A stretch of 64,000 nt of DNA from Octopus sinensis (Eukaryota), in assembly GCF_006345805.1 (NCBI RefSeq), contig NC_043005.1:35836001-35900000 (forward strand), in the 5' to 3' direction. Position numbers and translations under genes: made by a program. Each line of letters starts with the position of its first letter. The stretch's first letter is position 1. The notes beneath the pieces are model-generated. The model was not told the DNA's origin, searched no databases, and saw only the letters and a program-made list of their open reading frames with translations. Positions 49,047 through 63,549 of this stretch are shown in pieces.

Positions 49047-49909
49047 CAGGGTGCAGTGAATAAATTGTCGTCTAAATTATGCAAAAATGAAAATAACACT
49101 GACGTCTCATTTTAACAGATATATTTACCAAAATTAAAGATATCTTGAAATACTAAAGAGTAAATTCAGTAAAAAAAAATCATCATTGGCTTCAACCATG
49201 GCTTCCAGAAGACTTTGGAATCCCCTGCAATTCTTCTGGATTGTTTCCTTGTTTAAGTTGGTAAATGCTGCCATAATCCTTGCCTTCAATTCAACTTTGG
49301 TGTTACAAGGAGTTTTGTTGGTCTCTTGCTCAACTGCACCCCATACATAATAATCAAGGGCTTCAGTCAGGGGAGTTGGGTGGTCAGATGTTAGGGGTGA
49401 TGTGGTTGCAGAAATTGTCTGACAGCAATGACTGGGATCTCCTGCTTTTGTGGCATGGTGCAGAGTCACGTCCCCAGACACAAGGTCTTCCAGCAGCCAC
49501 CTTCTTGACCCAGGGCAACACTACCTCCTCTGGGCACTTGATGTAGGCCTCGTGTTGAGTCAAACGATGTGTGGGAAGATGAATGGAAGCATAATGTCAC
49601 CGTCACTAGTGACCACTCCAAATGCCATGATGTTGACCGGATGATTGATTTTTATCACTCTCGGTACATGTCCTCAGTGTGACATCCAAACTGTCTGTAA
49701 TGTTTGTATTGGAGCTTTTGGCGTGAATGCCAAGCCATACAGCATGTCATTTCCAAATTTCTGGCAGAGTGAATTGCGTCATGATTGCTGTTTTGCTCAC
49801 AGATGGTGCCCGACTGACCCTGCTATATCATGTAGTTGATAAAATCCAAAATAAACAATGCGCATGCACAAAATAAAAAAAATAAAATGGCAATGATTTA
49901 CCTATTGCA

Positions 49910-49912
<3 letters not shown>
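49047..49912 (-). mobile_element. internally deleted DD37D (maT-type) element, second copy
   Basis: RDSAPCH..PPNSPD..PLDYYVW with 37 residues between the last two Asp; TIR-like ends CAGGGTGCAGTGAATAAATT / ATTTACCTATTGCACCTA, TA flanks. Confidence 0.88.
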
Positions 49913-49977
<65 letters not shown>

Positions 49978-50210
49978 TATAAAGTACATATGTGCGTGAG
50001 TGTGTGCATGTTTGTAGGTCCTTATTTTGACACCCACCATGTGTGACAGTTGTAAAAGAGGTTCACTTTTATTCTTTTTCAATATTCTGTGAAACCATGT
50101 CTAGCCATGGGAAAATATTACCTTGCTTGGAAACAGGTGAGAGCTGGAAACGAGATAGGCATCAAGCCATAGACAATTGATCTCAAAGTCTGAGAGAGAG
50201 AGAGATAGAA

Positions 50211-50260
<50 letters not shown>

Positions 50261-50773
50261 AGGTGCTCATTAACATGAAGCTGATGACAAAAAGCAATAA
50301 ACCACGATGAATTTATTTACATTTCATTTGAGTTATTTTCCAAAATGCAAGAAAAAGAAAACTTTTTTTTTCTTTTAATGAAGTGTAGAAATACTGAATA
50401 ATTCTTCCACTTATCTGTTTAAAGAATCTTGATTTCAGTAACTTTATCTCTTTATCTTTGCAATTGATTCTAAGTATGTAATAAAGGGAGAAGATACCCA
50501 AGGAATCAACATTGCTAGCATTTTCTTCCCACTCCCACTCCCCCCCCAATAAATTACCCCCCCCACCTCACCCACTGAACAGTTCTTAGCTGCTGATTCT
50601 TTAGCTACACACATACCATGCTATCCTTAACCCAAAACAAAATGCTGCAGACTGAAGAATTACAATCAGCCCTTCTTCAATCATTTGAACCCTATTCAGA
50701 GAAGGCCATTATGTAATTCTGCCTGTTTCTAGTTTGTCTTCTCTGTCTTGTAATAGCAACTGTAGTAGTAGTG

Positions 50774-50810
<37 letters not shown>

Positions 50811-51329
50811 CAGCAGCAGCAGCAGTAGTAGTACTAGTAAGGGCAGTAGCAGCAGCAGCAGCAACTGTGGCAGCGACCGCAGCAGCAGGAGGGAGTGGTG
50901 CTTATGTTTCAACAGATATGTGAAATGTAAGACAACTCAAAGAGTTTTCTGCATTATCACATAAAATATGTACTTAGTCTGTGTGTGTGTGTGTGTGTGT
51001 GTGTGTATACAAGTATTAGAAGAGGAGTGAGCATGTGGAGAGAGAAAATGAGTACACGTATGTTATTATATATAATATATATTACAAGGGGCTAAACATA
51101 GAGGAGACAAACAAAGACAGACAAAGGGATTAAGTCGATTATATCGACCCCAGTGCATAACTGGTACTTTATTTATTGACCCCGAAAGGATGAAAGGCAA
51201 AGTCAACCTCGGCGGAACTTGAACACAGAAAGTAATGGCACACGAAATACAAAAGCATTTCGCCCGGCACGCTAACGTCTCTGCCAGCTCGCCGCCTTAT
51301 GTTATTATATATAATATATAACATGTATA

Positions 51330-51835
51330 TCTATATATATAAAACTCTAGTTGTGTGAGTGTCTGTCCCCTTCGATTTAGATTCCTAACTCCTCCCACAT
51401 TTTGCGGTGCAGTTTAACCAAATTCGGGTATCTTATAGTCGTGATTCATATCGAGCCCGTCTGACTATTAGCACGCGTCAACGATGAGTCTACGATTTTA
51501 AAAATAATTTAACATCATTTTTTATTCCATTTTAATGCATAAAATGCATCGTATGTCGATAGCGGCGGAGTTGGCGTCCACGCTCACAGCTGCACCTGTT
51601 TGCTTCTCCCCCTTCCCTCCCTCGTGAAGCTGTGGGGAAGGGAGTGTAAAGAAATCAACGTCGTAATGCGTTGTGAAGGAAAGCAGCGTTCTTTTAGAAC
51701 AACGACTTCATGGCTTGAAGACACCAAAACAAAAATGGCTAAGAAAGCCCGAATTTATAAGGGAAGTAACTCTCTAAAAATGCTTATATAGTTATTTCCC
51801 TTACAAACCCGAGCAACGCCGGGCGATACTGCTAG
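51330..51835 (+). mobile_element. non-autonomous Helitron (506 bp)
   Basis: 5' A|TCTATATATATAAAA; 3' CCCG-AGCAACGC-CGGG hairpin, 8 nt, CTAG|T; inserted between A and T, no TSD; CpG-rich. Confidence 0.88.
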
Positions 51836-51881
51836 TATAATATATAAAAATCTGATTTGGATAAATCTCTAATCTTTTTCC

Positions 51882-51934
<53 letters not shown>

Positions 51935-52317
51935 ATATATATATTCGTTTATGAATTTGTGTTGCAGGATACCTGATGTGAAGTCGGGTGTTGAAACAGA
52001 TATTGTTGTATTTTGGGATGGTAATATTTTATTTTGTTAAATAAACACATGCACTGTATATTTGTTCTTCACTAGTTTATTACTGTTCTTATTCTAACTC
52101 ATGTCCATTGTCTGGAAATCTTTCGTCACACATCTGTGACCTCCTCAGTAACACTTTCCATCTTTGTGTGTGCTCTTGCTCAGCAACACTTTCCGTCTTC
52201 ATGTGTGCTCTTGCTGTGAAGAACGAATATATACTGTGTGAGTTTAATTGGCGAAAAAAAGAAAATCATGGTTATCCCGTTATACAATATATATATATAT
52301 ATATTATATATATATAT

Positions 52318-52470
52318 AATATCTCGGGCGACTTCCTAGTGTCATCCAACAACACCAGAGACCTTGGAGTAATTGTTGATATCAATCTAAGGTGGAGTTC
52401 CTACATAAACAGCAAGGTTGACTAGGCCTGCAAGATGTGCTCCTGGATTCTGAGAACTTTCTCTACTCTA
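52318..52470 (+). mobile_element. CR1-type RT fragment
   Basis: VSSNNTRDLGVIVDINLRWSSYINSKVD*ACKMCSWILRTF. Confidence 0.7.
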
Positions 52471-52674
52471 CTTTTACCTAACTGTTGAGGAACTACCAGA
52501 GAAGCTTGGATTTGGTCATTTAACAATTCATTGACACTGGCGTGCCATCGGAAGAGTCAGCAAATTAGGTCAATGGGTTCCTCACAAACTTTTTGAGTCT
52601 AGTTGCATGCAGAGATTGAATGTGTGCTCTTCTTTGCAGTCACATCTCATAAATAAACCTTTTTTGGACTGAAT

Positions 52675-53140
52675 AGTAACTGGTGATGCAGAAATTGGTT
52701 TTCTATAAAAATGTCAGCTGCTGAAGACAGTGGGTAAGGAAAGGAGAAACATCAGCACCATAGGCTAAAGAAGGTCTTCACCCATGTTTGGTAGGATATA
52801 GAATGTTTAGTCCACTTTGAGCTTTTCACCCAAACCAAACAATAACAAAGGAGATCTACTGCGAGTAGCTTGAGTGGCTTAAGTCAGCGCTAGAAGAAAA
52901 ATGACCACTTTGGTTTCAAGACAAAAGGCATTCTTCTATCAGGATAATGCTCAGCCATATACAGCAAGGATCACATTCCAATGGCTGGAGCAGTTTGACT
53001 GGGAAACGATGTACCACCCACCATATTCGCTGGACATTGCTCCATCTCATTATCATTTTATACCATAGTCTTCAAAATCATGTGGACAGAAAAAATATAA
53101 TAGACAATATTAGCGCATGGTTCCACAAGAAAAACTGAAG
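52675..53140 (+). mobile_element. mariner (DD34D) remnant, same family as 36131-36670
   Basis: IVTGDA.., YQDNAQPYTAR..WLEQFDWETMYHPPYSLDIAPSHYH. Confidence 0.78.
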
Positions 53141-54258
53141 GACTTCTGCAATAAGTGTGTGAACCTGAGAGGAAAATATGTTGACAAAATCATAATTAAT
53201 TAATTCTCCTGTATTTTCTTTTACCCAAATCCAAGAACTTTTCAGTACACCACATAATCAACCCCATCTTCTCTTCCAAAATTTGAGCAGCCATGTTGGT
53301 GCCTCTATATCCAAAATCTTGTTCTGATGTGATCCCTTCTCCTATACTTTAACCCCTCGATCTCTTAGCATAAAGCCACTTCCCTTGGTGTTTGTAGTCT
53401 TGCAAGCTACATGGTAACTTCATTAGTGCTCGTGGCATGCAAAAAAGGTACCCAGTCCATGCTGTAAAGGGGCAGGTGTTAGGAAGGGTATCCTCTGGCT
53501 GTAGAAACCATACCAAAGCAGACACTGGAGCACAAGGCAGTCCTTGGGCCTGATGCATCACATCAAACCATTCAACCTCCCAGCATGAGAAAAGGGATGT
53601 TAAATTATGATGATGTTAATGATTATGATTATGATGATGTGTGTATTTCCACCCCTGCACCTTGCTTATTATGCACAAAAAAATTAATCAATACAACATC
53701 TAATTGTTTCCCCCCCCCCGCTTCCCAGACAATGCAAACCATGCCATTACCTCCACAGACATTAAAGTCTTGTCAGGATTAATACAACTTGACTACCCAT
53801 TGTTTATGTTAGGACCAAACCAAATAAAACCTAATCTAACACTATAAACTTTAGTTATAAAAACAAATGCAAAAATGTCTCAAATATGATTGATTAGATT
53901 GTGTTGTCTTAACAGATTAGCCAGCTCTAGTTTCCAGTATTTAGTCTTCAAAATAATATCAAGAATAGATATGAGTGATCATGTACATCCCTCAAGGATT
54001 CCAACAGCTTTCATAAAAAAAATTACTTTTTACACCTATTTTTAAAACCATCTGTCAGTGTACACGCTTTATCTTTAAATCTTTCCCCCTGTTTCTCAAT
54101 ACACACCTCTATACATGTAATTTTACAAGATTTATATGATAAATCATGCTAGCATGTGAGGATGTGTTACAAACTATCAATGAATAAAGCCTACATACAC
54201 ATACAGGGAATTATTAAGCACACAAATATAGGCATATACATACAAATACGTACATGTT

Positions 54259-54299
<41 letters not shown>

Positions 54300-55938
54300 A
54301 CACACACGGACACACATACACATGCACAGATAAATAAATAGTGTGTCAGTATGTGTATATACACACTTTAAATACACATACACATAAATACATAAATGCA
54401 CACACAAACATATATACAAATACAGAATTTAAACAGTCTCTCATTTGTAAAACTTCATTTCTGAACAACATTCTCACTAGTATATTTGTTCACTAATACA
54501 AAGCCAGACATTTTTAAGTGACAGTTAGTCAAAGGAGTGGCCTAGTGGTTAGGGGTGTTCAACTCATGATCATAATGTTACAGGTTCAATTACTAGACTA
54601 GGTAGTGTGTTTTATCTTTGAGGAAGGCACTTTATTTCACGTTGCTCCAGTCTACTCAGCTGAAAATGAGTATTAGATGGCACTGGAGTAGCTCATTCTC
54701 TCTTTCTCTTGCTTCAACAATCATGTTCTGGATATGCAGCTGGATCAAATGGTAGAAGTTGACCAAATATATCTTCAAATAGACTCATGATTTGTATGAT
54801 CATCTGTGTGCTTCCATATGTGGTTGTTAGACCCTCTGTGTTTCTTCATATAATTCTGTTAGGCCCTCCATGTCTCCGCATGTGACTCTGTATGGCCATC
54901 TTTGTCCCCCTCCCTGTAGTTCTGAAAGGCATGTAATTATGTAAGGCTCTCTGTGTTTTCTCATGCAAATCTGTAAGGCCATCTGTGTCCCTTCCTCATC
55001 TGTGTCTCTCCACATGTCATCCTGTTAGGTCCTCTATGTCTCATCATGAAGTTCTGTATAGTTGTCTGTGTCTTGGTAGTTCTGTAGTTCTTTATGAAAC
55101 AGAAGCTTTGCAACAAAGCAAAAAAAAATGTATTTCCATGCAGATATTATAATTATTGGCTATTTGTTAAGAAGCTTGTTTCTCAGTTTTGGGTTCAGTC
55201 CCACTGCATGACACCTTTGATAAATGTCTTCTGCTATAATCTCAGGTTGATCAAAACCTTTAGTGGATTCGGTAGACAGAAGCTGAAAGAAGACTGTCAT
55301 GCGTGTGTGTGTGTGTGTGTGTGTCTATATGTGTGAGTCTGTGTGTCTGTATTTTCCCCCTGTCACCACTTGACAGCTGGTGTTGGTGTGTTTATAACTC
55401 TGTAACCATATCTGTTCAACAAAAGAGACTAACAGAATAAGTACTAGGCTTAGAAAATAAGTCTGGGGGTCGATTTGTTTGACTAAAATTGCTCAAGGTG
55501 GTGCTCCAGCATGGCCTCAGTCAAATGACTGAGGCAAATAAACAAATAAAGAATAAAAGGATAAATTCTGGCACAAGTCCAGCAATTTTGGAAGAGGGGT
55601 AAGTCAATTACATCAATCTCACTGCTCAACTGGTACTTATTTTATGGGCCCTGGAAGGAGGAATGATAAGGTTGAACTTGGCAAAATTTGAACACAGAAC
55701 GTAAAGACAGACGAAATGTCACTAAGCATTTTGCCAGGTGTGCTAATGATTCTGCCACCTCACTGCATTATAATTATTTGTGTGTGTGCTGTCATTCCAG
55801 CTGTGTTGACACATCAGATTTCAACCAAAATGTCAACCTAAGGCATGTCATCCCTGGGTGGTGGTGGTAGTGGTGGTGGTGATACTACTACTGCTGCTGC
55901 TACTACTACTACTACTACTGCTACTACTACTGCTGCTG

Positions 55939-55981
<43 letters not shown>

Positions 55982-58900
55982 TCTGTTAATTGTTTGAATA
56001 ATATTTTATGGCATTTAGAGGAATATAAAATCAACTAGGCTGTGTTTCAAGGAGTGTTTCAATCAGAAATGTAGCTGGTTCTATGCCTTGAGGGGATTTG
56101 ATAGAAGGAAACTGAAAGCTGCATGCATTTATGTTGTGTTTGTGTGTATACCTGTCTTATCTTGGTATTTGCATGACAGTAAAAAAATCATCTCCATCAC
56201 ACAAGTGATGATGCTGGCTTCCAGTCTTCCATTACAAAAAAAAAAAAAACATGCCTGACCATGGGAAAATATTACGCTGCTTGAAAACAGGCGAAAGTTG
56301 GTGACAGGACAGGCATCTGGCTGTAAAAATCTTCTTCAAAAAATTCTATCTGACCCATGCAAATTTGGAAAAGTGGACATTAAACAGATGGTGACAATGA
56401 GGTCATTTTTGGGTCAGTTCATTTCTGTCTCAATATTTATGCATTGCCGGTGGCACGTAAAAACACCATCCATTCGTGTCCGTTGCCAGCCTTGCCTGGT
56501 CCCCGTGCCGGTGGCACGTAAAAGCACCATCCGTCGTGGCCGTTTGCCAGCTCTGTTTGGCACCTGTGTGGGTGGCACGTAAAAAGCACCCACTACACTC
56601 ACGGAGTGGTTGGTGATAGGAAAGGCATCCAGCCGTAGAAACACTGCCAGATCTGACTGGGCCTGATGAAGCCTTCCGGCTTCACAGACCCCAGTTGAAC
56701 TGTCCAACCCATGCTAGCATGGAAAACGGACGCTAAATGATGATGATGATGATGTGCACACACACACACACACACGATGAGCTTCTTACAGTTTCCATCT
56801 ACCAGATTCACTCACAAGTTTGGTCAGCCTGAGGTTACAAAAGTAGAATTCATATATATAGTGCAGAACAGTGAAACTGATTCCAAAACCTTGTGGTTGT
56901 GAAGCAAATTTCTTAGCCACCAACCATGCATTGATTTACATTTTGATTTAGTTTCTAAAATGTTCTTGATACAGATACAGTTTTGACACTACACGGGGTA
57001 TTTCAAACTAATATCTAGAAAAAATTCCATTGTTAATTAATTTGTTATAATCTGCATCTACTGTCTAAAAAGAAATAAAAGTCAATAATTTAAAGGTAAA
57101 ATAATTAAAAAAGATCAGTGATGGACCTTAACAGGCTCATTAGTTTGAAGCTTGTTCCAGTTTCCATGGTATAGAAGTATCTGATACAGCACAATTCTCC
57201 TCCTCTATCACCCTGAATGGAGAAGCAATCCATGGCAGGTCTAATCTCAGCTATTGCTGCTGGAACTCGTCTTCAGTTGAGTGAAGCACTGAAGCAACAT
57301 ATATGATCTAAGTAATCCTCACAGGTGAGATTAGTTCTGGAAGCATTGTTGTTAAAGAGATAAAAGCATGATAATCTGACAGTGTTTTGGGCTATTTCTT
57401 AAAGTCAACTGGTGTTACTTTTTGTACAAGTTGATAGCAGGGAATGTAGTTAAAAACTAGTAGTTAAAATGGAATGTATGATTTTTTTTCTCTATAGTTA
57501 ATTAAAGCCATCAATATTCTCTGTATTAAGTTCAGTAGTGTGATTGTAGGATATGGTGGTCCAAATCCATGTTGGGATTTGGAGAGGAGGAAATGTGCGA
57601 ATTACTCATCATCATCGTTTAACGTCTGCTTTCCATGCTAGCATGAGTTGGACGATTTGACTGAGGACTGGCGAACAAGATGGCTGCGCCAGTCTCCAAT
57701 CTGATCTGGCAGAGTTTCTATGGTTTGATGCCCTTCCTAACGCCAACCACTCTGAGAGTGTAGTGGGTGCTTTTACGTGCCACCGGCACGAGGGCCAGTC
57801 TGGTGGTACTGGCAACGGCCACACTTGAAATGGTGTTTTTTTACGTGCCACCTGCACAGGAGTCAGTCCAGCAGCACTGGCAACAACCTCGCTCGAATGT
57901 TTTGTTCACGTGCCAGTAAGGCGATGCTGGTAAGGATCACACTCAAATGGTGCTTTTTACATTCTCACTGACAATGAAGCCAGACAGCTGCTCTGGCAGT
58001 GATCCCACTCGGATGGAGCTGCTAGCGCTCCACTGGCATGGGTGCCAGTCATTGAATTTGGCTCAATAAAAATGAACCTTTCTAGGATTTTCTAAGCTGA
58101 TGGATCTGAATAGTGATACTTCACTTGCATTTTTGTAACTGTTTAAGATTTTGGAAACTTGACAATGTTGGCACCAGTAGTTGTAGAGATTAAGTAAATG
58201 AAATGGTTCCTTCAGATATTTTAGATGTATGCTGGTTATTTTACTTGAGTTTGTGAGGATTTTAAGCTTTTAGATTTCCCTATGGCTTTTTGGAGATTCC
58301 ACATGAAAGGAAGGACTAAAATAATAATCAAGATGGTCAGTGTATCTTTTTAATACTTTTGGGTTCCTATAAGGTGGTGAGCTGGTAAAACCACTAGCAT
58401 GCCAGGTGAAATGCTTAGCAGTATTTTGTCTGTCCTTACATTCTGAGCTCAAAAACTGCTGAGGTCAGCTTTGCCTTTCATCCTTTCAAGGTCAATGAAA
58501 TAAGTACCAGTTGAGCACCGAGGTTGCTGGTCTTGTGCTAAAATTTAAAATCAATGCTTTTGTGTTCCTATCTTTTGGGACTTGATTTAGAAATTATATT
58601 GTTTTCTCTCTCCCTCCCTCTCTCACATCCATATAAATAGAAACATAGAACCTTTAAACTAGGAGACAGATAGACAGATTTAAGGCAGACCAGAAGTAGA
58701 GCAGGCATTTCAATGATGGGGTCATCGTCATCACCATCATTTAGCATTCCTTTTCCATGCTGGCATAGGTTGGACAGTTTGATTGGTAAGCTGGGGAACT
58801 GCACCAGGTTCCAATCTGATTTGGCATGGTTTCTACAGCTGGATGTTCTTCCTAATGCCAACTACTCAAAGAGTATAGTGCTTGCTTTCTATGTGCCGGT

Positions 58901-59289
58901 TACATAACACCAGTATCAGCCATGACTACGATATCACTAGGCTTGACAGGTCTTCTCAAACATGGTACACACACACACACACACATTTAGAAATTATGAA
59001 ATTTTCAGTGCAAAAAAATCTCAGCTTATCTTTTAGTCTATCAAGCAACATGTAAAGCTTAGAACCATTGGCTTATGTTTTAAGTAGGTTGAGTCTCTAA
59101 GAGTCAAGCATTTTAAGATTGGATTGCAAGTTAGATCCTGTTTATTTGAAATAAATTTTATATTGGGTAATGAGAAAACAAATCATGAGAATATGTGAGC
59201 TGGGGTATTTCTGAATATAATGATACCTAGTTCAAATTCTATTGGAATCGTATGGAAACCATTTAAATAATTATTGTTACAATAACAAA

Positions 59290-60330
59290 ATCAGTTTAAT
59301 AAATTATATAAAAAATGCTTGGTGTCCAATTAAAAGATGTCCCATGCATTGTCATGGATAGCAACAAAAGAGCTTTGACTGACTAACCAAATAATTACTG
59401 TAAAAACCCATGTAATTTGCACACCTGTATAACTTATGCAGGTGATTTTCAGGATAAAATTTGTTAAAAAGTAGTTTCTACTCATGTCAAATTTGCACCC
59501 AAAAGTTTTCAGAATTGCTGATATAGCCAGGGGAAAAACGTTTTCAATTTAGTTGTATTTAGCATAATTTCATGTACTTATAATTAGATTTTATTAAATT
59601 TTCATCAAATAAAAATAGTTTCTATTCAACAGGTATCACATTGAAAACTATTAAATTACAAAGGGGTTGTATTGTTTAGAAAAAATTTATTTTGCATTTC
59701 TTGCCCACAAGTGATTATGTCTGATCTTTAGCATACTGCTGTATGTCTTCTCAAATCACAATCACTGGAAAAGACGTTGATATGAATTATCAACAAAAGC
59801 AAAGCTGATAAATATGCACAGGTGTTGCAAATTAAGTTTAATTACCAATAAACATCAGCTTGGATGATACTTTACTCAACCAACAGAGGAAGCTGACCGA
59901 TCAAACTTATTATGTAAACAGAGTTCTTTTCTGTCTATTCTTGTCAGAACCTTTGGTATGGAGTATCAAAATTTTAATCCCTTTCACACTTATAAAATGT
60001 GAAGCAAGCTTTAAATTTGTCATTACCATTATTGTCAGTATGAGCAGAACTCATGAATCGTTTACTGCAAAGGAGAAATGAAACATACAGAATATGCATT
60101 TGAATGTAACAATAGATCTGCCGGAAGGCATTTTAATTATTAATGAAGCCAATGTTCGAAATTGGTGTAAACAGTATGACAAACTTAAAACTGTGCCTAG
60201 TAATAAACAGACAAAAATAAAAACATACAATAAAGATTATCCATATCATTACATTTTTTTCAGGTGTGATAGGTATGTAAAATATGGCCCAGACTGTGTT
60301 TACCAGTATGAATGTCAGACTTCAAAAAGT
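59290..60330 (+). mobile_element. pogo/Tigger-like transposon remnant
   Basis: MSRTHESFTAKEK..SAGRHF..NEANVRNWCKQYDKLKTVP resembles the N-terminal HTH of pogo transposases; boundaries uncertain. Confidence 0.45.
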
Positions 60331-60332
60331 AG

Positions 60333-60651
60333 TTAACCATTTAATGGTTTCAGTAAATTTATACAGAAAAAGTAAGCATAAATAAAAGTCAACTTCATTA
60401 TATAAAGCCCTTATTTTTTTCTTTAAAAACCTATACTGACATTAAATGAGCCAACTTCCGGTACAGACACTTACGTTTTGTATGTCTTTGCAACAAAAAG
60501 AATTTCAAAAAAAATTCTGGCAACACTCTACTCATGTAATTTATGCACATGCTAAAGTTTATTTTTATTTTTGCAAAGAAAAGTGCATAAATTACATGGG
60601 ATTTTATGGTAATCAAACAATCAATTAGCTAACTGGTTTAAATGGTTAACC
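60333..60651. mobile_element. piggyBac-type MITE
   Basis: TTAACCATTTAA ... TTAAATGGTTAA inverted ends. Confidence 0.55.
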
Positions 60652-61416
60652 AATTAACAAATAAAAAAAAAATGATATAAAAAAAAGTGAAATAGAACTA
60701 GCGTGTCCTTACTATTAGCATAATGACCCTCCTAAGATACAACAAAATCTCATGAGGATATCAACTTGGTGCTGCAGTGAGGGTGTATTATGGCAAGGTT
60801 GTTATTGTGACATGTGGTGTTACTCTTGTTGCTTTTGTGATGATGCTGCTGCTGCTAATACTACTACTACAAATAATAAGGCAGTGACTCTCATGGCTTC
60901 TGATCTTAACTGATTGGAAGTGTTATCATGTACGTTGTGTTGTCTTGGTATAAAAGATGGGCTACATCAAATATTCTGCTCAATACCACAGATTTGCTTG
61001 TCAGTTGTTTGACCATAACCATTTGAGCATGTCCCCTAGTAGCTGACGATATGTGCATCTCTGATCACGAGCAGAAATAGTGGGGGAGCATCATAGCCAT
61101 GTGTTGAGAGGGATTCTTTAGGGTTTGAATAATTCACCTTTGGAAACATGGGTGTTTCGTTCAACATCCTTAAACAACCCTTATTCAGGGACCTTTTGAG
61201 CGGGATGGGCTACTTGACCAGAAGAAAATTTTAACTGGGCCCCACCTGCAAGGTCATGTGATGTTTATCTTGATATGAGATCACCATGTCATGCACATAT
61301 GGTTGTGATGCATGTGCCAGGTGTACCCTTATCAGACGGGTAGTCATGATGGGTATACTGGGCTTCATATATTTTACCCCAGTGTCACTTTGATGACATG
61401 CACTGCTCTCTCACTC

Positions 61417-61465
<49 letters not shown>

Positions 61466-62240
61466 GGAAGAACAACAACAATACTTTGCTAACAACAACA
61501 ACAACAACAACAACTACAACAATTCGCACAAGGCCTGAAATTTCGGGGAGGGGGATTGTTGATTACATCAACCCCATTTCTCAACTGATACCTATTTTAT
61601 CAATTCTGAAAGAATGAAAGGCAGCTAACCTTGGTAACAGACGAAAATACCACTAAGCATTTCACCCAGTGTGTTAATGATTCTGCCAGCTCGTTGCCTT
61701 AAAAATAATAATAATAATAATCCTTTCTACTAAAGGCACGAAGCCTGAAATTTGTCGGGGAAGCGACTAGTTGATCACATCGACCCAAGTGTGTAACTGG
61801 TACTTAATTTATTGACCTTGAAAGGATGAAAGGCAAAGTCGATCTTGGCAGAATTTGAACTCAGAACGTAGTGACGGGCAAAATACCACTAAGCATTTCA
61901 TTCAGTGCACTAACAATTCTGCCAGCTCACTGCCTTAATAATAATAATAATAATAATAATAATCTGACCGTGGCCAATGCCAGCGCCGCCTAGACTGGCT
62001 TCCGTGCTGGTGGCACGTAAAAAGCACCAATCCGATCGTGGCTGTTGCCAGCCTCGCCTGGCACCTGTGCCGGTGGCACGTAAAAAGCACCCACTACACT
62101 CACGGAGTGGTTGGCGTTAGGAAGGGCATCCAGCTGTAGAAACACTGCCAGATCAGACTGGAGCCTGGTGCAACCTTCTGGCTTCCCAGATCCCCGGTCA
62201 AACCGTCCAACCCATGCTAGCATGGAGAACGGACATTAAA

Positions 62241-62283
<43 letters not shown>

Positions 62284-63264
62284 TAATAATAATAACCTGA
62301 TATACAGTTTTACTATTTGTTTTGTAGTTTATGTGAGAGACAACTATTGTTTTTTTTGTTATTTCTTTGTTTAATGCAGAGTTTTTACATCAATTGTAGG
62401 TGGTAGTGGTGGTCATGGTGGAGTATCATGTTGTTCCTAGTTCACAAGAAGAGGCTGGCTATTATTGGGGTGTAATTGGAGTTTTTTTTTTTTTATTGTT
62501 TTAAATTATTTACATGGCCTTGTTGACTGCATTTATAACTATTTAAAAAAATAGTTTAGCAATCTAGGGAGTGGTCAAATGGGGTTAAGATAATTCATAA
62601 ACAAGATGACAGTTCCAATGTCGGATAACAAAGTTCAGCATTACACTGTACTAGGTAATTGTTAAGTAGCAGACAGGAAGCTTAGTGAAATAGTATATAC
62701 TATATAAACAGTAGTATATGAATACTATATAAATAGTAATTACTAGACTGTTTGTCAGGATTGCAAAACACTAACATTGTAAAAGATAAAAAAAAAGGAT
62801 CTGACGCTCATAGTTGTATGGCTGTTTGTTGCTCATTAGATTGTAATTAAGCAGTGCTAATGAAGGAAAGACAAATCCATAAATAAAATTCTGAAATGTA
62901 ATATGAAGTTGGTGGTGGTGGTGGTGGTAGTCATCCTTGACAACCACCACTGCCACTAACATCATCACCACTACTACTACACCACCAGTATCACTACCGC
63001 TGCCACTGCCACTACCACCACCATCATCATCATCATCACTACTCCTGTTGGCGTTGTCATCATTAGTGGTGGCATCTTCATCAACATCATTGTTGTTGTT
63101 TTAATGTACATTTTTCCATGCTTGCAAGGGCCAGATGCTGTTCCTGTCACTAAACCTCTCCCTGTTACCAAGCAAGGTATTTCCTCTCGAGCCCTTCAAA
63201 TATGAATAGCAGAATGACCAGACCTGACATCACAGAAGACAGCAAACAACATAGATTAATTCCT

Positions 63265-63461
63265 CAAATGTAATGCTTATTCATTCACATTGTTTTGAAT
63301 TTATCATGCATTATCTTGTAGCTTCAAAATTCTAATGACATGATTGTGTACTTTTAGAACGACACTGTAGAGTTGGTGTGAGAAGCCAGATCTAGCCAGT
63401 TTGAACAAAAACTGGTAAAATATTTGGGCCAGATATGGCCAGTTTAAATGCTAAAGGTTTA
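63265..63461 (+). mobile_element. piggyBac-type MITE, family 2
   Basis: Ends AAATGCTAAAGG(G)TTTAA; related copies about 16536-16760, 20325-20460 (-, TTAACCCTTTAGCATT) and truncated 34556-34674. Confidence 0.65.
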
Positions 63462-63549
63462 AATAATTTACTGTGATGCATTTTGTTTTGTATCTTTTAA
63501 TTTTTGTCTCCCTGAAGTAGAGAGAATAGATGCAAATATATTGAACAAT

